A DNA stretch of 64,000 nucleotides from Candidatus Kaiserbacteria bacterium (GCA_016204695.1 JACQKD010000014.1:88170-152169), one strand, 5' to 3'. Positions 1 to 9,150 are shown, counted from the stretch's first letter. Numbers and translations: made by a program. The notes: a model not told the origin generated them from the letters alone.

Positions 1-2
1 TT

Positions 3-206
3 ATGGAATTGAAAGGAATCAAGAAGGTGCGAGAGCTGAAGTCATTTCGCAGTATCTCAATGTACAAGAAGGTCGGAGAGAAGTCGGTTTTCGCGACCCA
101 CGGGGGCACTGCGGTATTGAGCGTCGCGCTCGCCAATCCCGACCGCTCGAAGCTACTGGCTGACGTGCGCCGAGTTGAGAAGTTACTGAAGGTCATGGTT
201 GTCTGA
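3..206 (+). CDS. C-terminal end of a CDS continuing upstream of the window; hypothetical protein
   Basis: Open frame from the window edge to a stop at 206, followed by a strong terminator hairpin. No recognisable motif. Confidence 0.3.
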   Translation: MELKGIKKVRELKSFRSISMYKKVGEKSVFATHGGTAVLSVALANPDRSKLLADVRRVEKLLKVMVV

Positions 207-247
207 CAAGACATACGCCGCGCCCTTCGGGCGCGGCGTATGTCTTG
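207..247 (+). terminator. Rho-independent terminator (18-bp GC-rich stem, 5-nt loop, T-tract)
   Basis: CAAGACATACGCCGCGCC / CTTCG / GGCGCGGCGTATGTCTTG, followed by CTTTTTTCTTTTTGGGTTTTT. Confidence 0.65.
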
Positions 248-272
248 CTTTTTTCTTTTTGGGTTTTTCTTT

Positions 273-842
273 CTACGGTACGTCCACGCTCGTGGTCGCG
301 CTCGTCGTACTTGTCACCGACGCACCGGTCGTTGTCGCCTGTGCGTTGAGATTGAGCGTTGCCTCAATATCGGCCGCAATGCTCTCAAGTGCTTCTTTCG
401 TCTGCACCGCCGCGGCCTCGCCTTTCGCGGAGAGGCGCGCCTCTACTTGGGCGATCTGCGCTCGAAGCTTGTTGAGCTCCATTTTCGCTTCGGCATCGGC
501 CGACGCATACACTTCGGCGATATCCTGCTTTACATTCGCAAACGCATCAGCCGACAATTGCGCCTTGGCGTCAAGAGCAAGCTGTGCCTGCAGATCGTTC
601 ATTATCGCGGCCGCCTCCTCCTTGATGGCGCGTATCTTCGCGGTTACTTCCGCCCGTACCGTCGCAGTACTTTCTTTCTTCGTCTCGACCGAGGTTTCAC
701 TGTCGGTATTGGCGGTTGTCCGTACCTCCTCTTTGGTAGAGACTTTATACGCCACCGCACCTCCGAGGAACAGAACAGCCAGTATGGCAACAACCGCCAC
801 CAAGCCGAAACCGTCGCTATACGTATCACATGTTCGTTTCAT
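273..842 (-). CDS. Membrane-anchored Ala/Glu-rich coiled-coil protein (hypothetical; ATP-synthase-b-like architecture)
   Basis: N-terminal TM helix GFGLVAVVAILAVLFLGGAVAY followed by a long amphipathic helical region and a Thr/Ser-rich tail. Confidence 0.5.
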   Translation of the reverse strand: MKRTCDTYSDGFGLVAVVAILAVLFLGGAVAYKVSTKEEVRTTANTDSETSVETKKESTATVRAEVTAKIRAIKEEAAAIMNDLQAQLALDAKAQLSADAFANVKQDIAEVYASADAEAKMELNKLRAQIAQVEARLSAKGEAAAVQTKEALESIAADIEATLNLNAQATTTGASVTSTTSATTSVDVP

Positions 843-978
843 ACTATAATCGTTGGTTGATTAACGACCGGATAATCCGAAAGGTACGCTCCCGCATACC
901 TATCTGGTACAGACGTACGAAGGAGCGTATTATTAATGGTATCGAATCGGGCACTGTTGTCCATGGTCCCCGATACAT

Positions 979-2079
979 ATGCTGATACCTATGAAAAAAT
1001 TTTTCATCATCCTCATCATTCTCGGACTCGGCGCTCTTGCGTTCTATTGGTACACCAACGGGCGTTTCTTTGCGAAAGACGTGTGTCCTGACGGGCCCGA
1101 TTGTGCTCCGACGTCTCCTGTCACCGAACAGCCAAAGGACGATCATGAAGAAACGTTCAGTATCGACAATGTCACCCGCGCAACCGTCGTGGTTATGGAC
1201 GGCCAAAAGACGGTCGAGCTTTCGCGCACGGGAACGGACCGTACGCTTCATGCGCAATTCAGCATGGACGATATCCCCACGCCGGGCAGTGTCGCACTGC
1301 TTGAAGAACAGGCAATCTACCAAAGCGGCACCGGGGATATCTTCATACCCTCTGTCGCCAATTACGGGGGGAGCGGCTCGTTCGTCTCGATTGACCTGTT
1401 TTCGCAAGAAGGTAATGCCGCCATTATACAGAAAGATTCGTACGCACTTGGTGACCGCGTGCTGGTGCGGAAACTCATGACAGAAGGGTCGGATGCCGTA
1501 TATACGCTCCGAGTGCAGTTTCTCGATCGAAAAAAAGATGAGCCGATGGCTGCCGAACCGACAGTGCTAAAAGAACTGACCGTCTCGGTCGCGGATCACC
1601 AATTCGGGATGGGAAATATCCAAACTCTCTCAAGCGCCTCTCCGGACACATACAAGGATATGATCGTTGTCGACACGCCAAAGAAGGGTGAGAGTGTGTC
1701 TTCACCGCTTACTGTCCGCGGTAAAGCCCGGGGACAGTGGTATTTTGAAGGAACTTTTCCCGTTGTGGTCACCGACTGGGACGGAAAAATAATCGGCGAA
1801 GGGTATGGGGAAGCCAAGGGAGGGGAGTGGATGACACCGGAGTACGTCCCGTTTACGGGCACGATTTCCTTCACTGTCCCGTCCGATACATCGTACCGAT
1901 GCTGTCCACTCACTGGACTTTTTGCTTCGCTTCTCTCGCAAAAATTCTCAGTGAGTCTTGCGGAAGCATCCCATGCTTCCTCACCATATCGCCGCGGCAC
2001 GATCATTTTCAGAAAAAGCAATGCGTCCGACCTCCGAGAACATGACGATGCTTTTGAGGTGCCGGTGGTCTTCCAATGA
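979..2079 (+). CDS. Gmad2 immunoglobulin-like domain protein, N-terminal TM anchor
   Basis: Motifs PLTVRGKARGQWYFEGTFPVVVTDWDGKIIGEGYGEAKGGEWMT...FTGTISFTVP and GTIIFRKSNASDLREHDDAFEVPVVF are typical of the Gmad2/GerMN-associated Ig-like fold. An alternative start is at 991. Confidence 0.6.
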   Translation: MLIPMKKFFIILIILGLGALAFYWYTNGRFFAKDVCPDGPDCAPTSPVTEQPKDDHEETFSIDNVTRATVVVMDGQKTVELSRTGTDRTLHAQFSMDDIPTPGSVALLEEQAIYQSGTGDIFIPSVANYGGSGSFVSIDLFSQEGNAAIIQKDSYALGDRVLVRKLMTEGSDAVYTLRVQFLDRKKDEPMAAEPTVLKELTVSVADHQFGMGNIQTLSSASPDTYKDMIVVDTPKKGESVSSPLTVRGKARGQWYFEGTFPVVVTDWDGKIIGEGYGEAKGGEWMTPEYVPFTGTISFTVPSDTSYRCCPLTGLFASLLSQKFSVSLAEASHASSPYRRGTIIFRKSNASDLREHDDAFEVPVVFQ

Positions 2080-2130
2080 GCCGCTCCCGACATGGTATAC
2101 TGGCGATAATTAGCAGATAAGCCTTCTTCT

Positions 2131-2607
2131 ATGAACCAACGAGCAATCATCGTCGCAGTCGTGCTTTTTGCCGTTATCGTACTCGGCATGTTTCTCTACG
2201 CCCGTTTTAAGAGCGATACGTTACGCACCGCCGAGCCCGCACCGGTTACATCGCCAGTCAATCAGCCGTCCGGTATCACCCATGTGGACGCGAAGCACTT
2301 CTTCAAAGACGGTATGCACACCGTCGCCGGAGAGATCATGATGCCGACCCCATGCGACCTGCTGGAGGTAAGTCCTATCTCGCTCGAGTCATCGCTCGAC
2401 GAAGTGACTCTCGCCTTTCGAATCACCAACAGCACGGAAGGGGTGTGCGCACAGGTAGTCACCCCCCAGCGTTTCAAGGTATCGTTTGAGGCAAATGAGG
2501 GTGCGACCATCAAGGCCACGTTCAAAGGCGAACCGGTAACACTCAATCTTATTGAAGCGGGTCCTGACGAAAATCCCGACGACTTCGAAGTCTTTATCAA
2601 AGGTTAA
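2131..2607 (+). CDS. Hypothetical membrane-anchored protein
   Basis: N-terminal TM helix IIVAVVLFAVIVLGMFLYA; no recognised motif. Confidence 0.45.
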   Translation: MNQRAIIVAVVLFAVIVLGMFLYARFKSDTLRTAEPAPVTSPVNQPSGITHVDAKHFFKDGMHTVAGEIMMPTPCDLLEVSPISLESSLDEVTLAFRITNSTEGVCAQVVTPQRFKVSFEANEGATIKATFKGEPVTLNLIEAGPDENPDDFEVFIKG

Positions 2608-2617
2608 GTGTCGGAAG

Positions 2618-3910
2618 ATGACGGCCGCGGCGCAGAGCGCCGCGGCCGTCCGCCCCTCTACCATGTCACCATTCGAACAAGTCAAAAAGCACATCACTGA
2701 CGCGCTGGACGCGATCGGGGTCACCGACGCCGAAGCGGAGATAGTGATGACTCCGAACGCCATCCGCGACGCGACACTCGAAGTCGAAACCAAAAAAGGC
2801 CCTCGGAAACTGCCGGCCTATCGCGTACAGTTCAATAATGCCCGCGGACCGTACAAAGGCGGCATCCGTTTTCATCCGAACGCCGACCTCGAGGAAGTCA
2901 AAGCACTCGCCGCGACGATGGCGGTAAAGTGCGCGGTGATTGATGTGCCGCTCGGCGGCGCAAAAGGAGGCGTGGCATTCGACCCGAAAGAATACGACCG
3001 GGACGACATTGAAAAAATCTCGCGCGCATACATTCGCGCCATGCACCCCTATCTCGGCATTGACATTGATATCGCCGCCCCTGATGTGTACACAACGCCC
3101 GAAATTATGGGCTGGATGCTTGATGAATATGAAACCATAACCGGAAAGAACGAGCCGGGCATGATTACCGGAAAGCCGCTTGTACTCGGCGGAAGCGTCG
3201 GACGCGACACCGCGACCGCGCAAGGCGCCGTCCACGTCTTGCAGGCATATGTCCGAGAACAAGACCTTGACCCCAACAATCTCCGAGTCGCCATTCAAGG
3301 GTTCGGCAATGCTGGATCAGTGATTGCCAAACTCCTGCATGAGGCGGGGTACACCATCATCGCACTTTCCGACAGCAAGGGTACGCTCCACGATACAAAC
3401 GGTCTTGACCCCGACCGAGTCGAAGAAGCGAAAAAGGCCGGGGGAAGCGTGACGGCCGCGGCAGGAGGCGGGGCGGAAGCATTGGATGGCACTGCAATAC
3501 TCGCGCTCGACTGTGACATCCTCATCCCCGCCGCACTCGACAATCAGATACGCGAAGACAATGTCGGAAGCATACGGGCAAAAATAATTTTGGAACTCGC
3601 CAACAATCCGACTACGCCGGAAGCGGATGCCATACTTGCCGAACGCGATGTGACCGTCATCCCCGATGTGCTTGCAAACGCCGGCGGCGTCACCGTCTCG
3701 TACTTCGAATGGGTGCAAAATCGCCAACAGTACTATTGGACGAAAGAGGAGGTAGACGAACGTCTCAAACAAAAGATGCTTGCCGCGTATGCCACACTCT
3801 CGGCGCGCGTGCACGCCGAGAGTGTGAGCTACCGCGATGCCGCCTACCGTATCGGCATGGAGCGCATCCACCGCGCCATGGCGCAACGTGGCAGATACGA
3901 AACGCACTAG
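2618..3910 (+). CDS. gdh: Glutamate dehydrogenase (Glu/Leu/Phe/Val dehydrogenase family)
   Basis: Catalytic motif KGGIRFHPNADLEEVKALAATMAVKCAVIDVPLGGAKGGV, and Rossmann GFGNAGSV. The track ORF begins at 2552 but overlaps the upstream gene; the in-frame ATG at 2618 or 2663 is the likely start. Confidence 0.9.
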   Translation: MTAAAQSAAAVRPSTMSPFEQVKKHITDALDAIGVTDAEAEIVMTPNAIRDATLEVETKKGPRKLPAYRVQFNNARGPYKGGIRFHPNADLEEVKALAATMAVKCAVIDVPLGGAKGGVAFDPKEYDRDDIEKISRAYIRAMHPYLGIDIDIAAPDVYTTPEIMGWMLDEYETITGKNEPGMITGKPLVLGGSVGRDTATAQGAVHVLQAYVREQDLDPNNLRVAIQGFGNAGSVIAKLLHEAGYTIIALSDSKGTLHDTNGLDPDRVEEAKKAGGSVTAAAGGGAEALDGTAILALDCDILIPAALDNQIREDNVGSIRAKIILELANNPTTPEADAILAERDVTVIPDVLANAGGVTVSYFEWVQNRQQYYWTKEEVDERLKQKMLAAYATLSARVHAESVSYRDAAYRIGMERIHRAMAQRGRYETH

Positions 3911-4034
3911 TACGCGACCCCCACTACCGACTTTTTTCAATATAACACTTCTCCTTCGGGAAGAAGGGAGATGTGCGTTCGGGTGCTTTTTGCGGCCGAT
4001 ACATTTGCTATACTGAAGTCAAACAACTATTCGT

Positions 4035-5096
4035 ATGGCCAACAGCCGCACCGTTGAATATGTTTTCTTTTTCGGGATTCTCGGCCTGGCGGCGTATGTC
4101 ATGTGGCAGATTGTCGAACCGTTTTTCGGATCGCTTGCGGTCGCGGCAATCATCGCCACTGTCGGGTATCCGTTTTACCGGAGGATTCTTGTCCTGATGC
4201 CTCGGCAGAACAGGGGTCTTGCGGCGCTTGCCACGACACTTCTTATCGGCCTGCTGGTCGTAGTGCCGCTTGCCGTACTTGCGTACCTCATCTTCGAACA
4301 GACGTTTTCCCTCTATACGTTTCTAAGCCACGACGGCGCGACGACGGTCAACCAGTCGATTTCCCACATAGAGTCCTTGGTGCACGGCGTCGTGCCATCG
4401 TTTACATTCGATGCGGGAACCTATGCGAGACAGGCGACCGAATGGCTCGCCACGCATATCGGCGCCATTTTCGCCGCCACGACCTCAACGGTCTTTTTCA
4501 TCTTCATCGCAACGGTCGCCGTCTTCTATTTCTTTCGCGACGGCGAGCAGTGTATCGCCTACATAACCGAGATCAGCCCGCTTCCCAAAGAGGAGAATGC
4601 GCATATCTTCAAGGCACTTGCTCGCTCAATGCGCTCTGTGGTGCTCGGCACCCTCGCGGTCGCCATCATACAAGGCGTCCTGACCGCCATCGGGTTTGCG
4701 ATCTTCGGCATCAGTACTCCGGTCCTCTGGGGAGCGGTAGCGGCAGTCGGTTCGTTGATACCGGGAGTCGGCACCCTTATCGTATTCGTGCCGGCCGTCG
4801 TCTATTTCGCCCTGCAAGGCTCGTACGGCGCGATGTTGGGACTCGTTATTTGGGGAAGTGTGGCGGTGGGTATGATCGACAATCTGCTCGGGCCATATCT
4901 CATGAGCCGCGGCGCGGCGCTCCACCCACTCCTGGTGCTCCTCACGGTCCTCGGCGGTATCGCGGTATTCGGACCCATGGGCTTTATCCTCGGACCGGTG
5001 ACATTGAGCCTGCTTGCGGTGTTGCTTGAGCTTCACGCCGCACGTGCAAAATCAGGCCTTCCGACCGAACATCCTTCGGTTTCTTATGATGGATAA
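4035..5096 (+). CDS. AI-2E family transporter (PerM/UPF0118-like permease)
   Basis: Eight or more TM helices; conserved VAIIQGVLTAIGFAIFGISTPVLWG...LIPGVG region typical of AI-2E family. Confidence 0.8.
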   Translation: MANSRTVEYVFFFGILGLAAYVMWQIVEPFFGSLAVAAIIATVGYPFYRRILVLMPRQNRGLAALATTLLIGLLVVVPLAVLAYLIFEQTFSLYTFLSHDGATTVNQSISHIESLVHGVVPSFTFDAGTYARQATEWLATHIGAIFAATTSTVFFIFIATVAVFYFFRDGEQCIAYITEISPLPKEENAHIFKALARSMRSVVLGTLAVAIIQGVLTAIGFAIFGISTPVLWGAVAAVGSLIPGVGTLIVFVPAVVYFALQGSYGAMLGLVIWGSVAVGMIDNLLGPYLMSRGAALHPLLVLLTVLGGIAVFGPMGFILGPVTLSLLAVLLELHAARAKSGLPTEHPSVSYDG

Positions 5097-5526
5097 ACGC
5101 TTCATAGACTCATACCTCCGTATTAACAACGTAGACGAACGCGCTTCGGAGGCGACCGTACGCAAGACGCTTGGGGACGCCCGTTGGCCGAAGGAAGAGA
5201 TCGAGGAAGCCATTCTCGTGCGAAACGGCGACGAAGCGGCAAAGGCGCGACTCATACAAAAAGAAAAAGAGCGGACGTTTCGACCGGACATGGACTGGTC
5301 GTCAACCAAACTTTCGACACTGTTGGGTACCGACGTTGTTATCGATCCGAAATTGTTCCAGACATATGCGCACAGACAGGAGCAAGCGGGAGGCGGCGTC
5401 AGGACAATACTGTTCGGACTCTCTATTGCCGCGATTGCGACCATTATCGCCGCAGGCATAGGAGTGGCCTTGTTGTACTTTCTCGAAATGGGCCCTTTTT
5501 ACACTCAAGCGCAGGACATTATCTAG
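5086..5526 (+). CDS. Hypothetical protein with C-terminal TM helix
   Basis: In-frame ATG at 5086 (MMDKRF) avoids overlap with the upstream gene. C-terminal LFGLSIAAIATIIAAGIGVALLYF. Confidence 0.4.
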   Translation: MMDKRFIDSYLRINNVDERASEATVRKTLGDARWPKEEIEEAILVRNGDEAAKARLIQKEKERTFRPDMDWSSTKLSTLLGTDVVIDPKLFQTYAHRQEQAGGGVRTILFGLSIAAIATIIAAGIGVALLYFLEMGPFYTQAQDII

Positions 5527-5542
5527 CGGAAAGCAGTTTCGC

Positions 5543-5851
5543 TCATCCCTCTTCGCCTGTTTGGGATTTGAAATAGAAACCGATGATAAACCCGAGCGGG
5601 CCGGAGAGTATCGCCGAAATGGCGGTGATAAGGTCGATCAAGCTGTTGGTCTCCATTTTACCCGCGCCGAAGAGAATCATCGCAAAGAGCAAGATGCCTA
5701 GAAACCCGATGACATATGCAAACGCAATCTTGGAGCGCGCATCTTCTCGCTTAACGGCTACGCTCCCGACAACTCCTTCCAAAACCGCGCTGGATCCGAC
5801 TTCAATTTCTCCTGCCGAAGGGATTGAAACGAATTCATCATTTGTTGACAT
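5543..5851 (-). CDS. Small membrane protein (hypothetical)
   Basis: Two TM helices (IAFAYVIGFLGILLFAMILFGAG; LITAISAILSGPLGFIIGFYF); 14-nt overlap with the upstream minus-strand ORF suggests an operon. Confidence 0.4.
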   Translation of the reverse strand: MSTNDEFVSIPSAGEIEVGSSAVLEGVVGSVAVKREDARSKIAFAYVIGFLGILLFAMILFGAGKMETNSLIDLITAISAILSGPLGFIIGFYFKSQTGEEG

Positions 5852-6056
5852 AGAACCCTTTTACCTCGTACATATTGTCATGCTTTTCAACCTCAAGTTC
5901 TTTGCCCGCCAGCGTCGACAGATCAACGCCGCTGATTTTTACGCCGTGCGAGAACATGGCGTCCCGCAAGATGACACCGCCAATCTTTATCGGCCCCTTG
6001 ATCGTGAAGGTGCCATCAGGATTGATACCCATTATTGATGATGCTCGTATTCTCAT
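5838..6056 (-). CDS. Small hypothetical protein
   Basis: 72-aa ORF translationally coupled to 5543..5851; no motif recognised. Confidence 0.35.
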   Translation of the reverse strand: MRIRASSIMGINPDGTFTIKGPIKIGGVILRDAMFSHGVKISGVDLSTLAGKELEVEKHDNMYEVKGFYVNK

Positions 6057-6121
6057 AGCGTTAATGATAACAGATTCCGCACCCTAGACAAAGAACCAAA
6101 AACAGGTGATGATGCCGACCA

Positions 6122-7240
6122 TTGGTTATGTCTCGTAGCAAAAAGCAGTCCGGGCGTGATTCTCTGGCGCCTAAAGGCGCACGAGACCATGCTCTTAAGC
6201 GGTATGTCAAGAGTGAGCTGTTTTGGCTCTTGGTCGTCTGCCTCGGCGCGGTCGCCGTATTTGCGCTCACCCGATCTATCCCGGCAAGCGACGAGACCGC
6301 CATTACGGGGGATTCAATCCTCTTTGTGGGAGATGTCATGCTCGCGCGCAATGTCGAGCGGTTGATGAACGAACACGGCTCGTATTACCCGTACAAGGGC
6401 GTGCGCGACATGCTCGCCGAACATGAGCAAGTCATCGGTAATTTCGAGGCGAGTATACCGGAGCTCCATCGCCCGACTCCCAGTTTCACCTTCAGATTTT
6501 CCGTTTCTCCCGATATCCTCGCGGCGCTTCCGCGTGTAGGATTTACCGCTATGACGCTCGCCAACAATCATTCCTACGACTACGGAGAAGGCGGATATCT
6601 CCACACCCGCGACACACTGATACGAGAAGGACTTGCGACGGGAGGCAATCCAATGAAGATTTCCGCAGACGAGGTACTCTACCGAAGGATAGCGGACACG
6701 GACATTGCGATCATCCCCATCCATGCGACCACAGTGACACCCGTCGTCGCCGACATACGGGAAGTGCTCGCGCTGACTGCGGAAAAAAGTGATCTGCAGG
6801 TCGTCTTCATTCATTGGGGCACCGAATACGAATCCGTCTCCGACAGTGCCCAACAAACATTCGCGCATGCGGTCATTGATGCCGGTGCGGACGCGATCAT
6901 CGGACACCACCCGCATGTGGTCCAAAATATCGAAGAGTACCGCGGCACGCCGATCTTTTATTCGCTCGGGAACTTCATCTTCGATCAATACTGGAACACC
7001 GAAGTACGAGAGGGACTCACAGTCGCGATATCGTTTGAGGAAGACAGGGTACACTACACGCTTATCCCCGTCTCAAGCATGGAAACAAAAAGCCAACCGC
7101 GGCCCATGAACCGCATTGAACGGACGCAGTTCCTCGACGTCCTTGCGGCAAAAAGTGAGGACGTCATTGCGGACGCAATCAGGAACGGATCCATCGTGGA
7201 ACCGTTCGCTCGAAGAAAATCAGAAACTTTGATAGACTAA
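6122..7240 (+). CDS. capA: CapA/PgsA-family metallophosphatase (poly-gamma-glutamate capsule biosynthesis-like protein)
   Basis: Motifs GDVMLAR, GNFE, LANNHSYDYG, IHWGTEY, GHHPHVVQ, YSLGNF; N-terminal TM anchor. Confidence 0.8.
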   Translation: MVMSRSKKQSGRDSLAPKGARDHALKRYVKSELFWLLVVCLGAVAVFALTRSIPASDETAITGDSILFVGDVMLARNVERLMNEHGSYYPYKGVRDMLAEHEQVIGNFEASIPELHRPTPSFTFRFSVSPDILAALPRVGFTAMTLANNHSYDYGEGGYLHTRDTLIREGLATGGNPMKISADEVLYRRIADTDIAIIPIHATTVTPVVADIREVLALTAEKSDLQVVFIHWGTEYESVSDSAQQTFAHAVIDAGADAIIGHHPHVVQNIEEYRGTPIFYSLGNFIFDQYWNTEVREGLTVAISFEEDRVHYTLIPVSSMETKSQPRPMNRIERTQFLDVLAAKSEDVIADAIRNGSIVEPFARRKSETLID

Positions 7241-7254
7241 GCAGGCTCTACCAT

Positions 7255-7788
7255 ATGAAATCACTTACAAAATACGAAGCCATCGGAATCGGAACCGCTA
7301 TCGTCATAGCGGCGATAGTCCTCGGGTTTATGCGCTCCGCACCGTGGAATACCGCCACAAGCACGAACAATGTTGACGATATCGTTGTAGCGGACTCGGA
7401 GGCGAAAAACAGAGAAGCCGCACTGGCGGACGCCATCAGGAAAGCGAGCAACACCAGTGGGCAAGTGCGCAAACTCATCGTCAATGATGTTTCGGTGGGA
7501 GACGGAAGGGAAGTGAAAGTCGGAGATACCGCCACGGTGCATTATATCGGCATGGTCAGGGATGGAGCGGAATTCGACAACTCGTATAAAAAAGGACAGC
7601 CGTTATCATTTAAGGTCGGGGCGGGAGAAGTTATTGCGGGATGGGAACAGGGCATCATCGGCATGAAGGAGGGCGGCAAAAGAATACTCATTGTTCCGCC
7701 GGAAATGGGGTATGGCAATGCCGTTGTCGACCCGATTCCCGCCAATGCCACCCTGCTGTTTTCGATCGAGCTTCTCTCCATAGAGTAA
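7255..7788 (+). CDS. FKBP-type peptidyl-prolyl cis-trans isomerase, membrane anchored
   Basis: VHYIGMVRDGAEFDNSYKKGQPLSFKVGAGEVIAGWEQGIIGMKEGGKRILIVPPEMGYG...ATLLFSIELL is the canonical FKBP domain. Confidence 0.85.
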   Translation: MKSLTKYEAIGIGTAIVIAAIVLGFMRSAPWNTATSTNNVDDIVVADSEAKNREAALADAIRKASNTSGQVRKLIVNDVSVGDGREVKVGDTATVHYIGMVRDGAEFDNSYKKGQPLSFKVGAGEVIAGWEQGIIGMKEGGKRILIVPPEMGYGNAVVDPIPANATLLFSIELLSIE

Positions 7789-7792
7789 CAAG

Positions 7793-7821
7793 AAGCCCGG
7801 CTCCTTCGGAGCCGGGCTTCC
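7793..7821 (+). terminator. Stem-loop terminator after the FKBP gene
   Basis: GAAGCCCGGCTCC / TTCG / GAGCCGGGCTTC. Confidence 0.5.
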
Positions 7822-7830
7822 GCCTTTCCC

Positions 7831-9150
7831 ATGACTCCATTCTCTTTCTCCATTACAAAAAAGCTGTCCGGCAAACTCGGCAGAGTGGGCGTTATCCATA
7901 CGCCGCACGGCGACATCGAGACTCCGGCATTTACCGTTGTCGGCACCAAAGCGACGGTGAAAGCGCTCTCGCCGGAGGACGTACGCGACCTTGTCGGCGC
8001 GCAGGCCGTACTCGTCAACACCTACCATCTCTACCTCCAGCCGGGCGAAGCACTTATCAAAGATGCGGGCGGATTGCACACATTCATGCACTGGGACGGG
8101 CCGACACTCTCCGACTCCGGCGGCTTCCAGGTCTTTTCGCTCGGCGCGGGCCTGGAAGGAAAGGGTGAGAAGCGAATACTTGGAGCTTCGCAAGACTCAT
8201 CGAGGGCTTTTGTGAGGGACGAAACAAAAGACCCGATGAGTGGACAGCGCCGGTACGGCGTCACCAAATTCACCGGCGAGTTCGCGGACTCCTCCGACGA
8301 CATGCGTCCGCGCCTCTATAACAAAGAGATTGCACTCCAGCACGGCAAGCTCTGCATCCTCGACGAAGAAGGCGTGACGTTTACCTCGCATCTCGACGGC
8401 TCGCTTCACCGCTTCACCGCCGAACGTTCGATCGAAATACAGCATGCCATCGGCGCGGACATCATGTTCGCGTTCGACGAGTGCACGTCTCCGACCGCCG
8501 ACTATGTATACCAGAAAGAGGCGCTTGAACGCACGCACCGCTGGGCCAAGCGCTCGATTCTTGCACACAAACGCGACTACAACGCGCTGAAATCGCAAGC
8601 GCTCTACGGCATCGTACAGGGCGGTCGTTTTGAGGACTTGCGAAAGGGGAGCGCGACCGAGCTTGCAAAAATGGATTTCGACGGGTACAGCTTCGGCGGC
8701 GCGTTCTCAAAGGAAGACCTCAAGACGCTTGAATGGGTCAACGCCATCCTACCGGAAGAAAAGCCTCGGCATCTCCTCGGCATCGGCGAACCGGAAGATC
8801 TCTTCATCGGTGTCGAGAACGGCATGGACACCTTTGACTGCGTCCTCCCGACCCGTATCGCCCGCACCGGCACCATCTACACCCATCACGGAAAAGTTAA
8901 TCTACTGCGAACGGAGTACCAGCGCGACCTCGGAAAGCCCGACGACACCTGCGACTGCTACACGTGCACCCACTACACCCGCGCCTACCTCGCCCACCTT
9001 TTCCGCGCAAAAGAAATGCTCGCCGCCCGCCTCGCCTCCATCCACAATCTCCATTTCATCGTCTCCCTCATAAAAAACATCCGTCGCAACATCCTCGACG
9101 ATACCTACCCACAATCCAAAGAAAACTTTTTACGAACGTATCGGGTTTAA
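7831..9150 (+). CDS. tgt: Queuine tRNA-ribosyltransferase with an ~60-aa internal insertion
   Basis: Motifs TPAFTVVGTKATVKAL, NTYHLYLQPG, LSDSGGFQVFSLG, GVTFTSHLDGSLHRFTAERSIEIQHAIGADIMFAFDEC and the zinc site CDCYTCTHYTRAYLAHL. At 439 aa it is longer than the usual ~370-380; the extra segment (~8160-8340) contains repeat copy 1. Confidence 0.9.
   Translation: MTPFSFSITKKLSGKLGRVGVIHTPHGDIETPAFTVVGTKATVKALSPEDVRDLVGAQAVLVNTYHLYLQPGEALIKDAGGLHTFMHWDGPTLSDSGGFQVFSLGAGLEGKGEKRILGASQDSSRAFVRDETKDPMSGQRRYGVTKFTGEFADSSDDMRPRLYNKEIALQHGKLCILDEEGVTFTSHLDGSLHRFTAERSIEIQHAIGADIMFAFDECTSPTADYVYQKEALERTHRWAKRSILAHKRDYNALKSQALYGIVQGGRFEDLRKGSATELAKMDFDGYSFGGAFSKEDLKTLEWVNAILPEEKPRHLLGIGEPEDLFIGVENGMDTFDCVLPTRIARTGTIYTHHGKVNLLRTEYQRDLGKPDDTCDCYTCTHYTRAYLAHLFRAKEMLAARLASIHNLHFIVSLIKNIRRNILDDTYPQSKENFLRTYRV
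8165..8260 (+). repeat. Structured palindromic repeat family, copy 1 (in frame inside tgt)
   Basis: Hairpin A GAAGCGAATACTTGGAGCTTC (8169-8189), long imperfect hairpin B ACTCATCGAGGGCTTTTGT...ACAAAAGACCCGATGAGT (8195-8241), and 3' module CAGCGCCGGTACGGCG (8245-8260). Homologous to 39233-39421, 32383-32505(-) and 34656-34772(-). Confidence 0.75.

Noticed and set aside
844-1407. 187-aa minus-strand ORF overlapping the Gmad2-domain gene
   Set aside because: Antisense shadow ORF in GC-rich coding DNA, with Arg-rich low-complexity translation and no motif. The + strand gene has clear domain signatures.
5583-6038. 151-aa plus-strand ORF overlapping two minus-strand small genes
   Set aside because: Competes with two tandem, translationally coupled minus-strand ORFs that have TM helices. 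Its own translation is low-complexity.
7606-8193. Minus-strand ORFs (7542..8021, 7606..8193) overlapping the FKBP and tgt genes
   Set aside because: Shadow ORFs antisense to well-supported genes.
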